Origin: an uncultured delta proteobacterium
GTDB lineage: Bacteria > Desulfobacterota > Binatia > UBA9968
Assembly: GCA_963804165.1 (NCBI GenBank)
Contig: CAWDPO010000015.1
Location: 64,001-128,000 of the forward strand
Reading direction: 5' to 3'
Length of the DNA stretch: 64,000 bases
Below, piece by piece: positions 31,805 through 41,998 of the stretch. Each line of letters begins with the position of its first letter. Position 1 is the first letter of the stretch. The notes under the pieces were generated by a model. It searched no databases. It had not been told where the DNA came from and was given only the letters and a program-made list of their open reading frames with translations. The position numbers were made by a program, and so were the translations under genes.

Positions 31805-34387
31805 ATGGAAGCCGGCAAAGTAACCCCGATGATGCGGCAGTATCTGCAGATCAAGGATCGCTATCGCGATGCGATCCTGTTCTTTCGTCTCGGCGATTTT
31901 TACGAGATGTTCTTCGAAGATGCTCGTACCGCGTCGAAGATCCTCGATATCGCGCTGACGGCCCGCCACAAGACCGAAGACGGTTCGGTTCCCTTGTGCG
32001 GTGTGCCTTATCATGCGGCCGATCCGTATATTCAAAAATTGCTCGAGGCGGGTCACAAAGTGGCAGTTTGCGAGCAGATGGAAGATCCCGCGAGCGCGAA
32101 GGGCATCGTCAAACGGGAAGTGGTGCGGGTGATTACCCCCGGGACGATCACCGCCGCAGAAGCGCTCGATGCTCGAGGCAATAATTTCTTGGCTGCAATA
32201 TGCCATGGCCAAAGCGGCTTCGGATTGGCTTTCAGCGATGTCACCACTGGCGAATTTCGCTTTACAGAGGTCGCCGACGAAGTGGCGCTCTTGGACGAGC
32301 TCGGCCGCATCCATCCGAGCGAGCTTTTGATCGCGAACCGCGACGGCCGCCTGCGCGAGCGGCTCTACAAGGAATATCCGCTCATTCATTTCACTTCGGT
32401 GGGTGACGAGCTGTTCAGCGACACGGCGAGTAGGCGAGTGGCAGCGAAGAGCGCCGCCGGCACGCAAGAGTTAGTCGACGGTCTGGGTGCCGCATCGGCA
32501 ATCTTGGGCTACCTGGAGGCGAACGCGGCTGAGTCGCTGAAGCTGATCGGCGACCTAGAACCGTACCGGGTGTCCAACTACCTCGTATTGGATGAGACGA
32601 CACGGTCGAATCTCGAGCTCATCACCAATTATCAAGGTGATCGGCACGGCTCCTTGCTGACCATCCTCGATTGCACGTTGACTTCGATTGGCGCGCGCCG
32701 ACTGCGCCGTTGGCTATTGTATCCCTTGCTTGATCCGAAGGAGATCGGCGCGCGTTATGATGGCGTGCAAGAGCTGGTTGACGGCTTCTCCTTTCGTCAA
32801 GAATTGAAAGCCGGATTGGCGAAGATTCAAGATCTCGAAAGGCTGGCGGGTAGAGTTGTCTCCGGCAGCGCTCTACCCAAGGATCTGGTCGCCATCAAGG
32901 AAACGTTGCGTGCGGTAAATGAGATTCAAACGCAGCTCGCGGGCGTCCGGGCGGCACTTCTAGCGCGCATTCGCGGCGATTTGGCCAACCTTCCGGAGGT
33001 TGTCGATCTAATCGATCGCGCCATTGTCGATGATCCGCCGTTTTCGCTCAAAGACGGCGGCTTTATACGCACCGGGTTCAACGCCGAGTTGGATGAGATT
33101 CGCGCTATTCGCACGCATGCGAAGGAGTGGATCCGGCAATTTGAAGCCGGTGAGCGGCGGCGCACCGGCATAAATTCGCTCAAGGTGCGTTACAACCGCG
33201 TGTTCGGCTATTACCTCGAAGTGACTAATTCGCATCTGAAGTCGGTGCCGACAGATTATTTGCGCAAGCAAACGTTGGCCAATGGCGAGCGCTACATCAC
33301 GCCGGAGCTCAAAGAGTACGAAGCTAAAGTGCTCAACTCGGAAAGCCTGATGGAGAAACTCGAGGGCGCTATCCTAACGCGGGTGCGCGAACAAATCGCA
33401 GCCCACTATCCGGCATTGAAGAACGTCAGCGACGCATTGGCGGACTTGGATGTGTTGGTTTCTCTAGCGGAAGTCGCTGAGGCGCGCCATCTCGTCCGGC
33501 CCGAAATCGACGCCGGAGCGTGCTTATCGATTCGCGAAGGGCGCCATCCAGTCGTCGAAGCCGCTGTCGGCCGCGGCGCGTTTGTCCCCAATGACTGTTT
33601 GATCGATCCCGAGTCTCAACAGATCATCCTTCTCACCGGACCGAATATGGCCGGTAAATCGACGTATATGCGCCAGGTGGCGCTGATCGTGATCCTCGCG
33701 CAGATGGGCAGCTTCGTACCTTGCGCCGAGGCGCGCATCGGCATCGTCGATCGGATCTTTACGCGCATCGGCGCCAACGACTCGCTGGCGCGCGGCGAAT
33801 CCACTTTCATGGTGGAGATGAAGGAGACCGCGAATATTCTGCGCCATGCAACCGCCCGGAGCTTGATCCTGCTCGACGAAGTGGGCCGCGGCACCAGTAC
33901 TTTCGACGGTATTTCGATCGCGTGGGCCGTCGCCGAATCACTGCACGACGTCGAGTGTAGGCCCCGGACGCTTTTTGCCACGCACTATCACGAGCTCACC
34001 GATTTGGCGCAGTCGAAGGAGCGGCTCAAAAACTATAACTTCGCCGTCAAGGAATGGCGCGGTGAAATTATTTTTTTGCGCAATCTAGTCGAGGGAGCGG
34101 CGAGCCACAGCTACGGGATTCATGTGGCGCGCCTGGCCGGGATGCCAGCGAATATTATCGCCCGCGCCAAAGAGATCCTCGCTCGACTTGAAGGCAGTCA
34201 TGACCGCAAGGTGGACGATTTCGAGTTGGGCGGCCGAACCGCCAGCGGCGCGCCGACGCAAATGGGTCTATTCAATTCCGCTGACGATGTTTTGCGCGAC
34301 CGCTTGAGTCGTTTGGAGCTGTCCAGCATGACACCCATCGACGCGATGAACGTGCTTTATCAGTTGACCGAAGAGGCAAAAAAATGA
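31805..34387 (+). CDS. mutS: DNA mismatch repair protein MutS
   Basis: TPMMRQY, GDFYEMF, TGPNMAGKSTYMRQ, GESTFMVEM, DEVGRGTST, FATHYHEL. Confidence 0.97.
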   Translation: MEAGKVTPMMRQYLQIKDRYRDAILFFRLGDFYEMFFEDARTASKILDIALTARHKTEDGSVPLCGVPYHAADPYIQKLLEAGHKVAVCEQMEDPASAKGIVKREVVRVITPGTITAAEALDARGNNFLAAICHGQSGFGLAFSDVTTGEFRFTEVADEVALLDELGRIHPSELLIANRDGRLRERLYKEYPLIHFTSVGDELFSDTASRRVAAKSAAGTQELVDGLGAASAILGYLEANAAESLKLIGDLEPYRVSNYLVLDETTRSNLELITNYQGDRHGSLLTILDCTLTSIGARRLRRWLLYPLLDPKEIGARYDGVQELVDGFSFRQELKAGLAKIQDLERLAGRVVSGSALPKDLVAIKETLRAVNEIQTQLAGVRAALLARIRGDLANLPEVVDLIDRAIVDDPPFSLKDGGFIRTGFNAELDEIRAIRTHAKEWIRQFEAGERRRTGINSLKVRYNRVFGYYLEVTNSHLKSVPTDYLRKQTLANGERYITPELKEYEAKVLNSESLMEKLEGAILTRVREQIAAHYPALKNVSDALADLDVLVSLAEVAEARHLVRPEIDAGACLSIREGRHPVVEAAVGRGAFVPNDCLIDPESQQIILLTGPNMAGKSTYMRQVALIVILAQMGSFVPCAEARIGIVDRIFTRIGANDSLARGESTFMVEMKETANILRHATARSLILLDEVGRGTSTFDGISIAWAVAESLHDVECRPRTLFATHYHELTDLAQSKERLKNYNFAVKEWRGEIIFLRNLVEGAASHSYGIHVARLAGMPANIIARAKEILARLEGSHDRKVDDFELGGRTASGAPTQMGLFNSADDVLRDRLSRLELSSMTPIDAMNVLYQLTEEAKK

Positions 34388-35781
34388 TGTGTCCGAAGGC
34401 GGGTGCTCTGATGAAACAAAGAATGATTTATCATTTAGCTGGTTTGGGTCTGCTCGCGATGGCGACGTCGTCGCCGCTCATATTCCCAGTTTTGGCGCAG
34501 AATCAGAAGACGGGCCCGATGACAGAGCAGGGTGAAGCTGGAACTTCGACGATCCAGGCAAGACCGAACGACATGGAGCCGGTTGCAAACGGCGATCCTT
34601 CCAAGAGCGTAGAAGAAGAGAAACCAAGCCCCGGACCGTCTTCCGACAAGGTCCAAGTGACGGCCCTGCGTTTTTTATCCTGGAACGGTTACACGCGGAT
34701 CATGCTGGATCTGTCGCGGGAAACGCAATATCAAGTGCGCCGTCTAAAGGAGGATCCGGCGAAGGGAATGCCACCGCGAATTTATATCGACATCCTTGGC
34801 GCGCGGTTGGCGCTCACGTCCAAGGAACCGGTGCCGGTCGACGATGGACTTCTGCGTCAAGTCCGTCTGGGCCAGTACAGCGGCGACATCGTGCGTGTGG
34901 TGCTGGATATGAATAGCGTTCGCGATCACAATGCTTTCCTTCTCGCCGACCCTGATCGCCTGGTGATCGACGTTTACGGATCGAAGGCTCAAGAGCGCAT
35001 AGCGGTCAGGGAATTGTCTGCGACATCAGCATCGAGCGGACGCAAAGTTACGGCGAAAGTAAGCAATCCGAGCGCTCCGCCACAGGCGAGTTCTGGCCTG
35101 AGAAAGATCGTATTGGATCCGGGTCACGGCGGCAAAGATCCGGGCGCGGTGGGTCCGGGCGGGATAACGGAAAAAGACATCGCGCTCGCCGTCGCTAAAA
35201 AGTTAGCCGCGAAGCTGAAGAACGAAATGGGCATTCAGGTGGTCTTGACGCGCAAAGACGACCGCTTTATTGCGCTGGAAGATCGAACGGACCTGGCGAA
35301 TAAAGAAAACGCTGACCTGTTTATCTCGCTGCACGTGAACGCCAGCCCGAACGTCGAGGCCAAAGGCATCGAGACCTATTATCTCGACAATACGACTGAC
35401 GAAGCCGCGATCCGGCTGGCCGCCCGGGAGAACGCCACTTCACGCAAGAATATCTCTGATTTACAATTCATCTTGAGCGACATGACCCAAAATGTGAAGC
35501 TCGAGGACTCGATCACCTTGGCCCACCGCATACAAAATTCACTGGTGAGCGGGATGGCTAAAGTCATGGGCGACGTTAGAGACTTGGGCGTGAAGAAAGC
35601 GCTCTTTTACGTTCTTGTCGGCGCGCGCATGCCGAGCGTCTTGGTGGAGATGTTCTTTATCACCAACCGCAGCGAAGGCCGCGCCATGAGCCAGGGTAGC
35701 TATCAAGACGCCATGGTCGAGGCGCTTTTTGAAGGCATTCAAAAATTTAGTCAATCCAACCTGATCGCCAAGACGCTTTAG
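34384..35781 (+). CDS. N-acetylmuramoyl-L-alanine amidase with AMIN domains (AmiC-like)
   Basis: IVLDPGHGGKDPGA, FISLHVNA, PSVLVE; AMIN motifs RVVLD, RLVID. Confidence 0.92.
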   Translation: MMCPKAGALMKQRMIYHLAGLGLLAMATSSPLIFPVLAQNQKTGPMTEQGEAGTSTIQARPNDMEPVANGDPSKSVEEEKPSPGPSSDKVQVTALRFLSWNGYTRIMLDLSRETQYQVRRLKEDPAKGMPPRIYIDILGARLALTSKEPVPVDDGLLRQVRLGQYSGDIVRVVLDMNSVRDHNAFLLADPDRLVIDVYGSKAQERIAVRELSATSASSGRKVTAKVSNPSAPPQASSGLRKIVLDPGHGGKDPGAVGPGGITEKDIALAVAKKLAAKLKNEMGIQVVLTRKDDRFIALEDRTDLANKENADLFISLHVNASPNVEAKGIETYYLDNTTDEAAIRLAARENATSRKNISDLQFILSDMTQNVKLEDSITLAHRIQNSLVSGMAKVMGDVRDLGVKKALFYVLVGARMPSVLVEMFFITNRSEGRAMSQGSYQDAMVEALFEGIQKFSQSNLIAKTL

Positions 35782-35794
35782 GGACACCTTATCC

Positions 35795-38512
35795 ATGGAT
35801 GCGGTTGCCATCTCGCTTGCGCTGCTCGAAGAAGTACAGGCCGATCATCACCTCAAACGGGTGACACGCCAATACGTCGACCATGGCCGGCGAATGCTAT
35901 TTGACAGACACCGCGCGGGTGCGGCTGGGTTGGAGGTCGTCTCGGCCTGGTCCACTGTGATGGATCACTTGATTCGGCATTTGTTCGCAGCCATCAGTGC
36001 GGAATACAAAAATCAGTTTCCCGCGCCGAACCGGCGTTTTGCTCTTGTCGCCCAGGGAGGCTACGGGCGCGGCGAGCTCAACCCCCAATCGGACATCGAT
36101 CTGTTGTTTCTGTACGGCTGGAAAGTTTCACCGTTTGTCGAAACCGTCACCGAAAAGTTGCTTTATACGCTATGGGACGCGGCGCTGCAGGTAGGCCATG
36201 CCACCCGGAGCATCAGCGAATGCGTGAGGTTGGCGGCGAGTGACATGAAAGTACGTACGTCACTTCTGGATGCGCGATTTCTCTGCGGGGACTATGCGCT
36301 CTACGAAGACTTTGAAAAGAGGGTGGAGTCGCGCCTCGTTACAAAAGGGGTGAAACGGTTCATTCGCGAGAAGCTCGAAGAGAACCGCGCGCGCCACGAA
36401 CAGTTCGGCGGTTCGGTTTATCTGCTTGAGCCCGAAGTCAAAGAAGGAGAGGGAGGGCTTAGAGATATTCAGACGGCGCGGTGGATTGCGCGCGCTAAGC
36501 TCCGAGTCAAGGATTTGGACGCGCTCGCGCTCAGCGGCGTCGTCAGCGCGACGGATATCGCGCACGTGAAAGAGTCCCAGGATTTTTTGCTGCGGGTGCG
36601 CAACGAGCTGCACTTCTCGACCGGCAAACACCAGGACCAGTTGACCTTTGAACATCAAGAAAAGGTGAGTTCGGCGTTGGGTTTCGAAGGCGAGGGCACA
36701 TTGCGCGGGGTGGAGGTGTTTATGCGCAGCTATTATCTCCACGCAGCCCAGATCAACCGACTTTCCGAGCTTATCGTGCACCGCGTCACCGATTGCGACA
36801 AGCCGCGCTTCGGCGCTGCATACGTATTTGGCCGCACGCTACGCGAAGGGATTCGCCTCTCGAAAGGCCACCTGACGGTCACCAAGCCCGAGGTTCTCAG
36901 AACCAGTCCGGAAAACCTCATCCGCGTCTTCGACGACGCGCAGAAATACAACTGTCGACTCACCCATGAAACCCGCGAACTATTGCGCCAGAATTTAGAC
37001 TTGATCGACGATGATTTTCGCCGCTCGGCGGAGGCCAACGCGCCGTTCTTTAGTATCCTTAAATGGAAGGAATCGGTTTACGAAACGTTACTGGAAATGC
37101 ACCGCGCCGGCGTGTTGAGTGCGTTTATTCCGGAATTCGGCCGGCTTCTTTGCATGGTGCTGCACGACGCCTATCATATTTACACCGTCGATCAACATTC
37201 CCTGCGTCTGATCAAAGAGATCGAACAGCTCAAAGCCGGCGACTACGCCGAAACCTCGCCGTTGCTGACGCAGTTGGCGCGCGAAGCCGAAGAGATCGAG
37301 CTACTCTATCTCGGCCTGATGTTCCATGACATCGGCAAAGGCTTCGGCGGCGGCCATTCGGAAATCGGTGCGCGCATGGTGCGGACGATCGCGCGGCGCA
37401 TGCGCTTGAACGCCGACGCGGGTGCCTTGGTTGAGTTTCTCGTGCGCCACCACCTGCTGATGACCCACACGGCCTTTCGCCGCGATTTGGAGGATGAGAA
37501 AACAATTTTTGACTTCACTAAAGTCATGGGCAGCGTGGGCAATCTGAAAATGCTTTACTTGCTCACGTTTGCCGATGTCAAAGCCGTGGGCCCCGAAGTT
37601 TGGAATCCTTGGAAAGCGTCGCTGTTGGGTGAGCTCTATGTAAAAGCATTGCATCTCCTGGAGGAAGCGGAAAAGGGTGAAGTCCACCGCGAGGACGTCC
37701 GCGGCGCGTTGCGCCGCGTTCAGACGAGAGTGCGGCGCCAGTTATTGAAGGAGTATGAAGAAGACAAGGTTGATGAGTTTTTGGCAGTCATGCCGGAACG
37801 ATATTTTCTATCGACGCCCGAGGAGGACATCCCCGAACATTTTAAGTTGATGGACCGCTTCCGCGGCAAGAGGGCGGAATTGTCGGTCGAGCATTTTTCG
37901 GAGCGCGACTGCACTGCGGTCGTCATTTGCTGCCAGGACCGTCCGGGTTTGTTCGCGTCCATCACGGGCGTTTTTTCTGCGCTCAATTTCGATATTCTTA
38001 ACGCGAGGATTTTTACGGCCAGTGATGGGCGGATTCTTGACGTGTTTCGAATTTCCCATCACGGACGCGCTGAGATCGTCACGGCGGAACAAAAGTGGTT
38101 AAAATTTCGCGCTGTGTTGGACGGCGTGTTGGACGGCAAAATCGATATTGCTCGCTTGGTGGGATCGTTCAAGCCTTCGCTGTTATTTCAGAAACGGACC
38201 CCGAAGGTACCGACGGCAATCAATATCGACAATGACGCGTCCGATGATTTTACGATCGTCGAGGTGTTCACGGAGGATCGCATCGGCGTTCTGTTTACGA
38301 TTACCTACAGCTTACACCAGCTCGGATTGTCGATTCATGTGGCGAAAATCTCGACCAACGTGGATCAAGTGGCCGATGTATTCTACGTGACCGATGAAGC
38401 CGGCGGGAAGATTGCCGATCCCGAACAGGTCTCGATCATCCGTAAATCCCTGCATCAGAATTTGACGCCGCAAAATGAAACCAGCGAAAGACTTGCTGAG
38501 CCCCTCCATTGA
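35795..38512 (+). CDS. glnD: [protein-PII] uridylyltransferase
   Basis: GGYGRGEL.P.SDIDL, KEG.GGLRD, YHIYTVDQH, HDIGKG, two ACT domains (DRPGL, DRIGVL). Confidence 0.96.
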   Translation: MDAVAISLALLEEVQADHHLKRVTRQYVDHGRRMLFDRHRAGAAGLEVVSAWSTVMDHLIRHLFAAISAEYKNQFPAPNRRFALVAQGGYGRGELNPQSDIDLLFLYGWKVSPFVETVTEKLLYTLWDAALQVGHATRSISECVRLAASDMKVRTSLLDARFLCGDYALYEDFEKRVESRLVTKGVKRFIREKLEENRARHEQFGGSVYLLEPEVKEGEGGLRDIQTARWIARAKLRVKDLDALALSGVVSATDIAHVKESQDFLLRVRNELHFSTGKHQDQLTFEHQEKVSSALGFEGEGTLRGVEVFMRSYYLHAAQINRLSELIVHRVTDCDKPRFGAAYVFGRTLREGIRLSKGHLTVTKPEVLRTSPENLIRVFDDAQKYNCRLTHETRELLRQNLDLIDDDFRRSAEANAPFFSILKWKESVYETLLEMHRAGVLSAFIPEFGRLLCMVLHDAYHIYTVDQHSLRLIKEIEQLKAGDYAETSPLLTQLAREAEEIELLYLGLMFHDIGKGFGGGHSEIGARMVRTIARRMRLNADAGALVEFLVRHHLLMTHTAFRRDLEDEKTIFDFTKVMGSVGNLKMLYLLTFADVKAVGPEVWNPWKASLLGELYVKALHLLEEAEKGEVHREDVRGALRRVQTRVRRQLLKEYEEDKVDEFLAVMPERYFLSTPEEDIPEHFKLMDRFRGKRAELSVEHFSERDCTAVVICCQDRPGLFASITGVFSALNFDILNARIFTASDGRILDVFRISHHGRAEIVTAEQKWLKFRAVLDGVLDGKIDIARLVGSFKPSLLFQKRTPKVPTAINIDNDASDDFTIVEVFTEDRIGVLFTITYSLHQLGLSIHVAKISTNVDQVADVFYVTDEAGGKIADPEQVSIIRKSLHQNLTPQNETSERLAEPLH

Positions 38513-39407
38513 CCGCTTCCTCGCGATGGTGACCGTGGAAAAGGGCCTCGCCAGGAATACGGTCGAGGCTTACGGGCGCGATCTAGCCAAGCTGCTGGAC
38601 TACCTCGACTCGGCAAAAATATCGTGTTGGACTGATGTCGATTCGACCCGGATTCGCGCTTTTCTGGGCTCTCTTCGCGCCGCGGGCCTGAGTCCGCGAA
38701 GCATCGCCCGCCATGCGGTGACCGTGAGGCGGTTGTTCGCCTTTCTCGAAAGCGAAGGGCTGGCCAAAGAAAATTCCATGCCGCACGTTTTGTCGCCGAC
38801 GACGTCGAGAAAGCTACCGCACACATTATCCGGCGATGATGTTCGCAAATTGCTGGCCCAGCCGGATTCATCGGAGGTTCTGGGCGCCCGTGACCAGGCG
38901 ATGTTGGAACTGCTGTATGCCACAGGCTTGCGTGTGTCGGAACTCGTCGCAATCGAGACCCGGCAGATCAATTTCCAAGGGGATTACGTTACTGTTAGAG
39001 GAAAGGGCGCTAAAGTCAGGGCCGTGCCGTTCGGCAGATGGGCGCGGGAAAAACTGACGATGTATGTCAAGGACGTAAGGCCAAGACTTTTGAAGGGAAA
39101 AGTCAGCGCTTTTGTCTTTACGAACCGTTCGGGCAAACGTCTAAGCAGGCAAGGATTTTGGAAACTGATCCGCCGATACGCGCTCATGGCCGGGATCGAC
39201 AAGCCGGTAACACCGCATACGATGCGTCATTCGTTCGCAACGCACCTACTCGAGGGCGGTGCGGATCTGCGATCGGTGCAATCGATGTTGGGGCATGCAG
39301 ATATCTCAACGACGCAAATCTATACCCATGTCGACGGCGCGCGTCTTAAAAAGGTGCATCGAGAGCATCATCCGCGAGAACGAGGAACTATAAAAAAACA
39401 AGCGTAA
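38475..39407 (+). CDS. xerD: Tyrosine recombinase XerD
   Basis: LYATGLRVSEL, GKG.K.R.VP, SRQGFWK, TPH..RHSFATHLL.GGADLR.VQ.MLGHADISTTQIYTHV. Confidence 0.92.
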   Translation: MKPAKDLLSPSIDRFLAMVTVEKGLARNTVEAYGRDLAKLLDYLDSAKISCWTDVDSTRIRAFLGSLRAAGLSPRSIARHAVTVRRLFAFLESEGLAKENSMPHVLSPTTSRKLPHTLSGDDVRKLLAQPDSSEVLGARDQAMLELLYATGLRVSELVAIETRQINFQGDYVTVRGKGAKVRAVPFGRWAREKLTMYVKDVRPRLLKGKVSAFVFTNRSGKRLSRQGFWKLIRRYALMAGIDKPVTPHTMRHSFATHLLEGGADLRSVQSMLGHADISTTQIYTHVDGARLKKVHREHHPRERGTIKKQA

Positions 39408-39429
39408 GATGGAGGACTGGAGCGAGGGA

Positions 39430-39489
39430 GTAGGGGTGATCCCCCTGTGGTCGCCCCTAACGAGGGCACGCACAGGGGCGTGCCCCTAC
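39430..39489. repeat. GTAG-family REP doublet (REPIN-like)
   Basis: GTAGGGGTGATCCCCCTGTGGTCGCCC ... GGGCACGCACAGGGGCGTGCCCCTAC inverted pair. Confidence 0.7.
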
Positions 39490-39569
39490 ATTTATCCATT
39501 CCGTTTTCGCCTTGTCTTTTCTCCAACCTTGCCGTATTCATATCAAAGTAGCTCTCCCGCAGGACGCTT

Positions 39570-40241
39570 TTGGAAGATACAATCCGTCAAATCGCAATTT
39601 GGGCGCTGCCTGTCTTAGTGGCGGTCGTCTTTCACGAAGTTGCCCATGGGTGGGTGGCAAATTTGCTCGGCGATCCGACCGCCGCCCGGCTTGGCCGGCT
39701 GACGCTCAACCCCATCGCGCATATCGATCTATTCGGCACAATCCTGGTGCCCTTGATGCTGATCGTCGCAAACGCACCGTTCGTATTCGGCTACGCTAAA
39801 CCGGTGCCGGTAAATTTTAATAATTTGCGCCATCCCAAACGCGATATGATCTGGGTGGCGGCGGCCGGGCCCGCGATGAATCTCGTTTTGGCATTCGTTT
39901 GTACGCTTATCTGGAAGTCGCTCGCGCCCATGGTGACTGGGCACGCGGACCAGTCGGGATCGTCCGGCGCGGCCGGTTACCTCGGCGCCGTCGTTTTGAT
40001 GGCTCAGAGCGGGATTTTGATCAACATCGTCCTGGCAGTTTTCAATGCATTTCCGCTGCCTCCGCTCGACGGCGGCCGCGTAATGGTTGGCTTGTTGCCG
40101 CATCCGCTGTCGGTGAAATTGGCGAGAGTAGAGCCATTTGGATTCATCATCCTGATCGTACTCCTGATGACCCGTACTTTGGACTATATCATCGATCCGC
40201 CCACCGAGTTCTTGTTGAAGCTTTACTTAGGAGCATTTTAG
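39570..40241 (+). CDS. Site-2 protease (peptidase M50)
   Basis: HEVAH, AAAGP..N, FN.FP.PPLDGG. Confidence 0.92.
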   Translation: MEDTIRQIAIWALPVLVAVVFHEVAHGWVANLLGDPTAARLGRLTLNPIAHIDLFGTILVPLMLIVANAPFVFGYAKPVPVNFNNLRHPKRDMIWVAAAGPAMNLVLAFVCTLIWKSLAPMVTGHADQSGSSGAAGYLGAVVLMAQSGILINIVLAVFNAFPLPPLDGGRVMVGLLPHPLSVKLARVEPFGFIILIVLLMTRTLDYIIDPPTEFLLKLYLGAF

Positions 40242-40253
40242 TTTAGCCAAGTC

Positions 40254-41231
40254 ATGGAAACGATCGTTAGCGGCATGCGCCCGACGGGGCGGCTTCACTT
40301 GGGGCATTTGCATGGCGCGCTCAAGAATTGGTTGAGGCTTCAAGAGCAGTATCAATGTTATTTCTTCGTCGCCGACTGGCATGCGCTGACGACCGATTAC
40401 GCGACCCCGCAGGGCATTCAGCAGAGCACGATAGAAATGGTCATGGATTGGCTGAGCATTGGGCTCGATCCAGCGAAAGCAGTTTTGTTTCGTCAATCGC
40501 GCGTCAAGGAGCATGCCGAGCTCCATCTGCTGTATTCGATGATCACACCGGTGCCGTGGCTCGAACGCAATCCGACGTATAAAGAACAGATCAAAGAGGT
40601 CGTGGGCAAGGATCTCTCCACCTACGGATTTCTCGGCTATCCGGTCTTACAAGCCGCCGATATTACGATTTACAAAGCGAACAAAGTTCCGGTGGGCGTG
40701 GACCAGGCGCCGCATGTCGAGTTGACGCGCGAGATCGTCCGCCGCTTCAATCAGATTTATCAGCCGATTTTCCCGGAGCCGGAAGTATTATTGACGGAAA
40801 CGCAAAAAATGCCCGGCTTGGACGGCCGCAAGATGAGCAAGAGTTACGGCAATGCAGTGTTTCTCTCGGATACGCCGACGGAGATCGATCAGAAGTTGAG
40901 CCGTATGATGACGGATCCGGCGCGGGTAAGACGAAGCGATCCGGGTGAGCCGGAAAAATGTCCGGCGTTTCAACTGCACAAGGTCTACTGTACACCTCAG
41001 GAAATCGATGAGGTTTCGCAAGGCTGCCGGACCGCCGGCATCGGCTGCCTGGATTGCAAGAAAATCATGATCAAGCACGTCATCGATGAGCTCGCGCCGT
41101 TTCGCGAAAAGCGCGCGTATTATCAGGATAAGCCGGGTGAAGTTGAGGCTGTTTTGGCGGCGGGAAATCAGACGGCACAGAAAGCCGCCGCGGCGACGAT
41201 GGACGAAGTGAGAGGAACCTTAGGGCTGTGA
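40254..41231 (+). CDS. trpS: Tryptophan--tRNA ligase
   Basis: SGMRPTG.LHLGH, YPVLQAADI, VPVG.DQ, KMSKS. Confidence 0.96.
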   Translation: METIVSGMRPTGRLHLGHLHGALKNWLRLQEQYQCYFFVADWHALTTDYATPQGIQQSTIEMVMDWLSIGLDPAKAVLFRQSRVKEHAELHLLYSMITPVPWLERNPTYKEQIKEVVGKDLSTYGFLGYPVLQAADITIYKANKVPVGVDQAPHVELTREIVRRFNQIYQPIFPEPEVLLTETQKMPGLDGRKMSKSYGNAVFLSDTPTEIDQKLSRMMTDPARVRRSDPGEPEKCPAFQLHKVYCTPQEIDEVSQGCRTAGIGCLDCKKIMIKHVIDELAPFREKRAYYQDKPGEVEAVLAAGNQTAQKAAAATMDEVRGTLGL

Positions 41232-41998
41232 GCACTCACGTTCAGTTGGAAATTTTCGAGGGGCCGTTGGATCTCTTGCTCCATCTGATCAAGAAGAACG
41301 AAGTCAACATCACCGACATTCCGATCGCGACGATCACCGAGCAGTATTTGGCGACGCTCGATCTCATGCAGACTCTCAGTCTCGACGTCGCCGGCGAGTT
41401 CCTTGTCATGGCGGCGACGCTGATTCACATCAAGTCGCGCATGTTGTTACCTGCGGGGGACGACGAAGCCGATGAAGACGAGGGTGTCGATCCGCGCGAC
41501 GAGCTCGTGCGGCGATTATTGGAGTACCAGCGCTATAAAGACGCGGCCACGGAACTGGAACAGCGCGAGATCCTCACTCGCGACGTGTTTGTTCGTGCCG
41601 CGCCTTCGGTGGAGGAAACCGGCCCGCGTGGATTTCGTGAGGTATCGATTTTTGAATTGCTCGGCGCCTTGAAGCGGGTCATCGAACGATTGCCGAAAGA
41701 CGTCTTCCACGAAGTGACCCTGGACAAAATAACCGTGCGCGAAAAGATGACGCTGCTGCTCGATAAATTGCGCAGCCAGAGTCAAATCCTATTTGAAGCG
41801 CTCTTCGACGACGTGAAAACTCGCATGGAAGTCGTGGTGACGTTTCTCGCCATGCTGGAGCTGGTCAAAGTGCGGGCGGTGCGAATTGTGCAAGAAGAAA
41901 TGGCCGGACCGATTATGATCGAGGCCGCGGCGGGCATGGATGAAGCGGCCGAGCGCGTGGTGCTGGACGAAACCGAGGAAAAACAAGATGGAGCGTGA
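41228..41998 (+). CDS. scpA: Segregation/condensation protein A
   Basis: FEGPLDLLLHLI, EFLVMAATL..IKSRMLLP, VTFLAMLEL. Confidence 0.95.
   Translation: MSTHVQLEIFEGPLDLLLHLIKKNEVNITDIPIATITEQYLATLDLMQTLSLDVAGEFLVMAATLIHIKSRMLLPAGDDEADEDEGVDPRDELVRRLLEYQRYKDAATELEQREILTRDVFVRAAPSVEETGPRGFREVSIFELLGALKRVIERLPKDVFHEVTLDKITVREKMTLLLDKLRSQSQILFEALFDDVKTRMEVVVTFLAMLELVKVRAVRIVQEEMAGPIMIEAAAGMDEAAERVVLDETEEKQDGA

Noticed and set aside
38475-39407. xerD as a prophage integrase
   Set aside because: Canonical XerD motifs, embedded in a housekeeping operon, no att repeats
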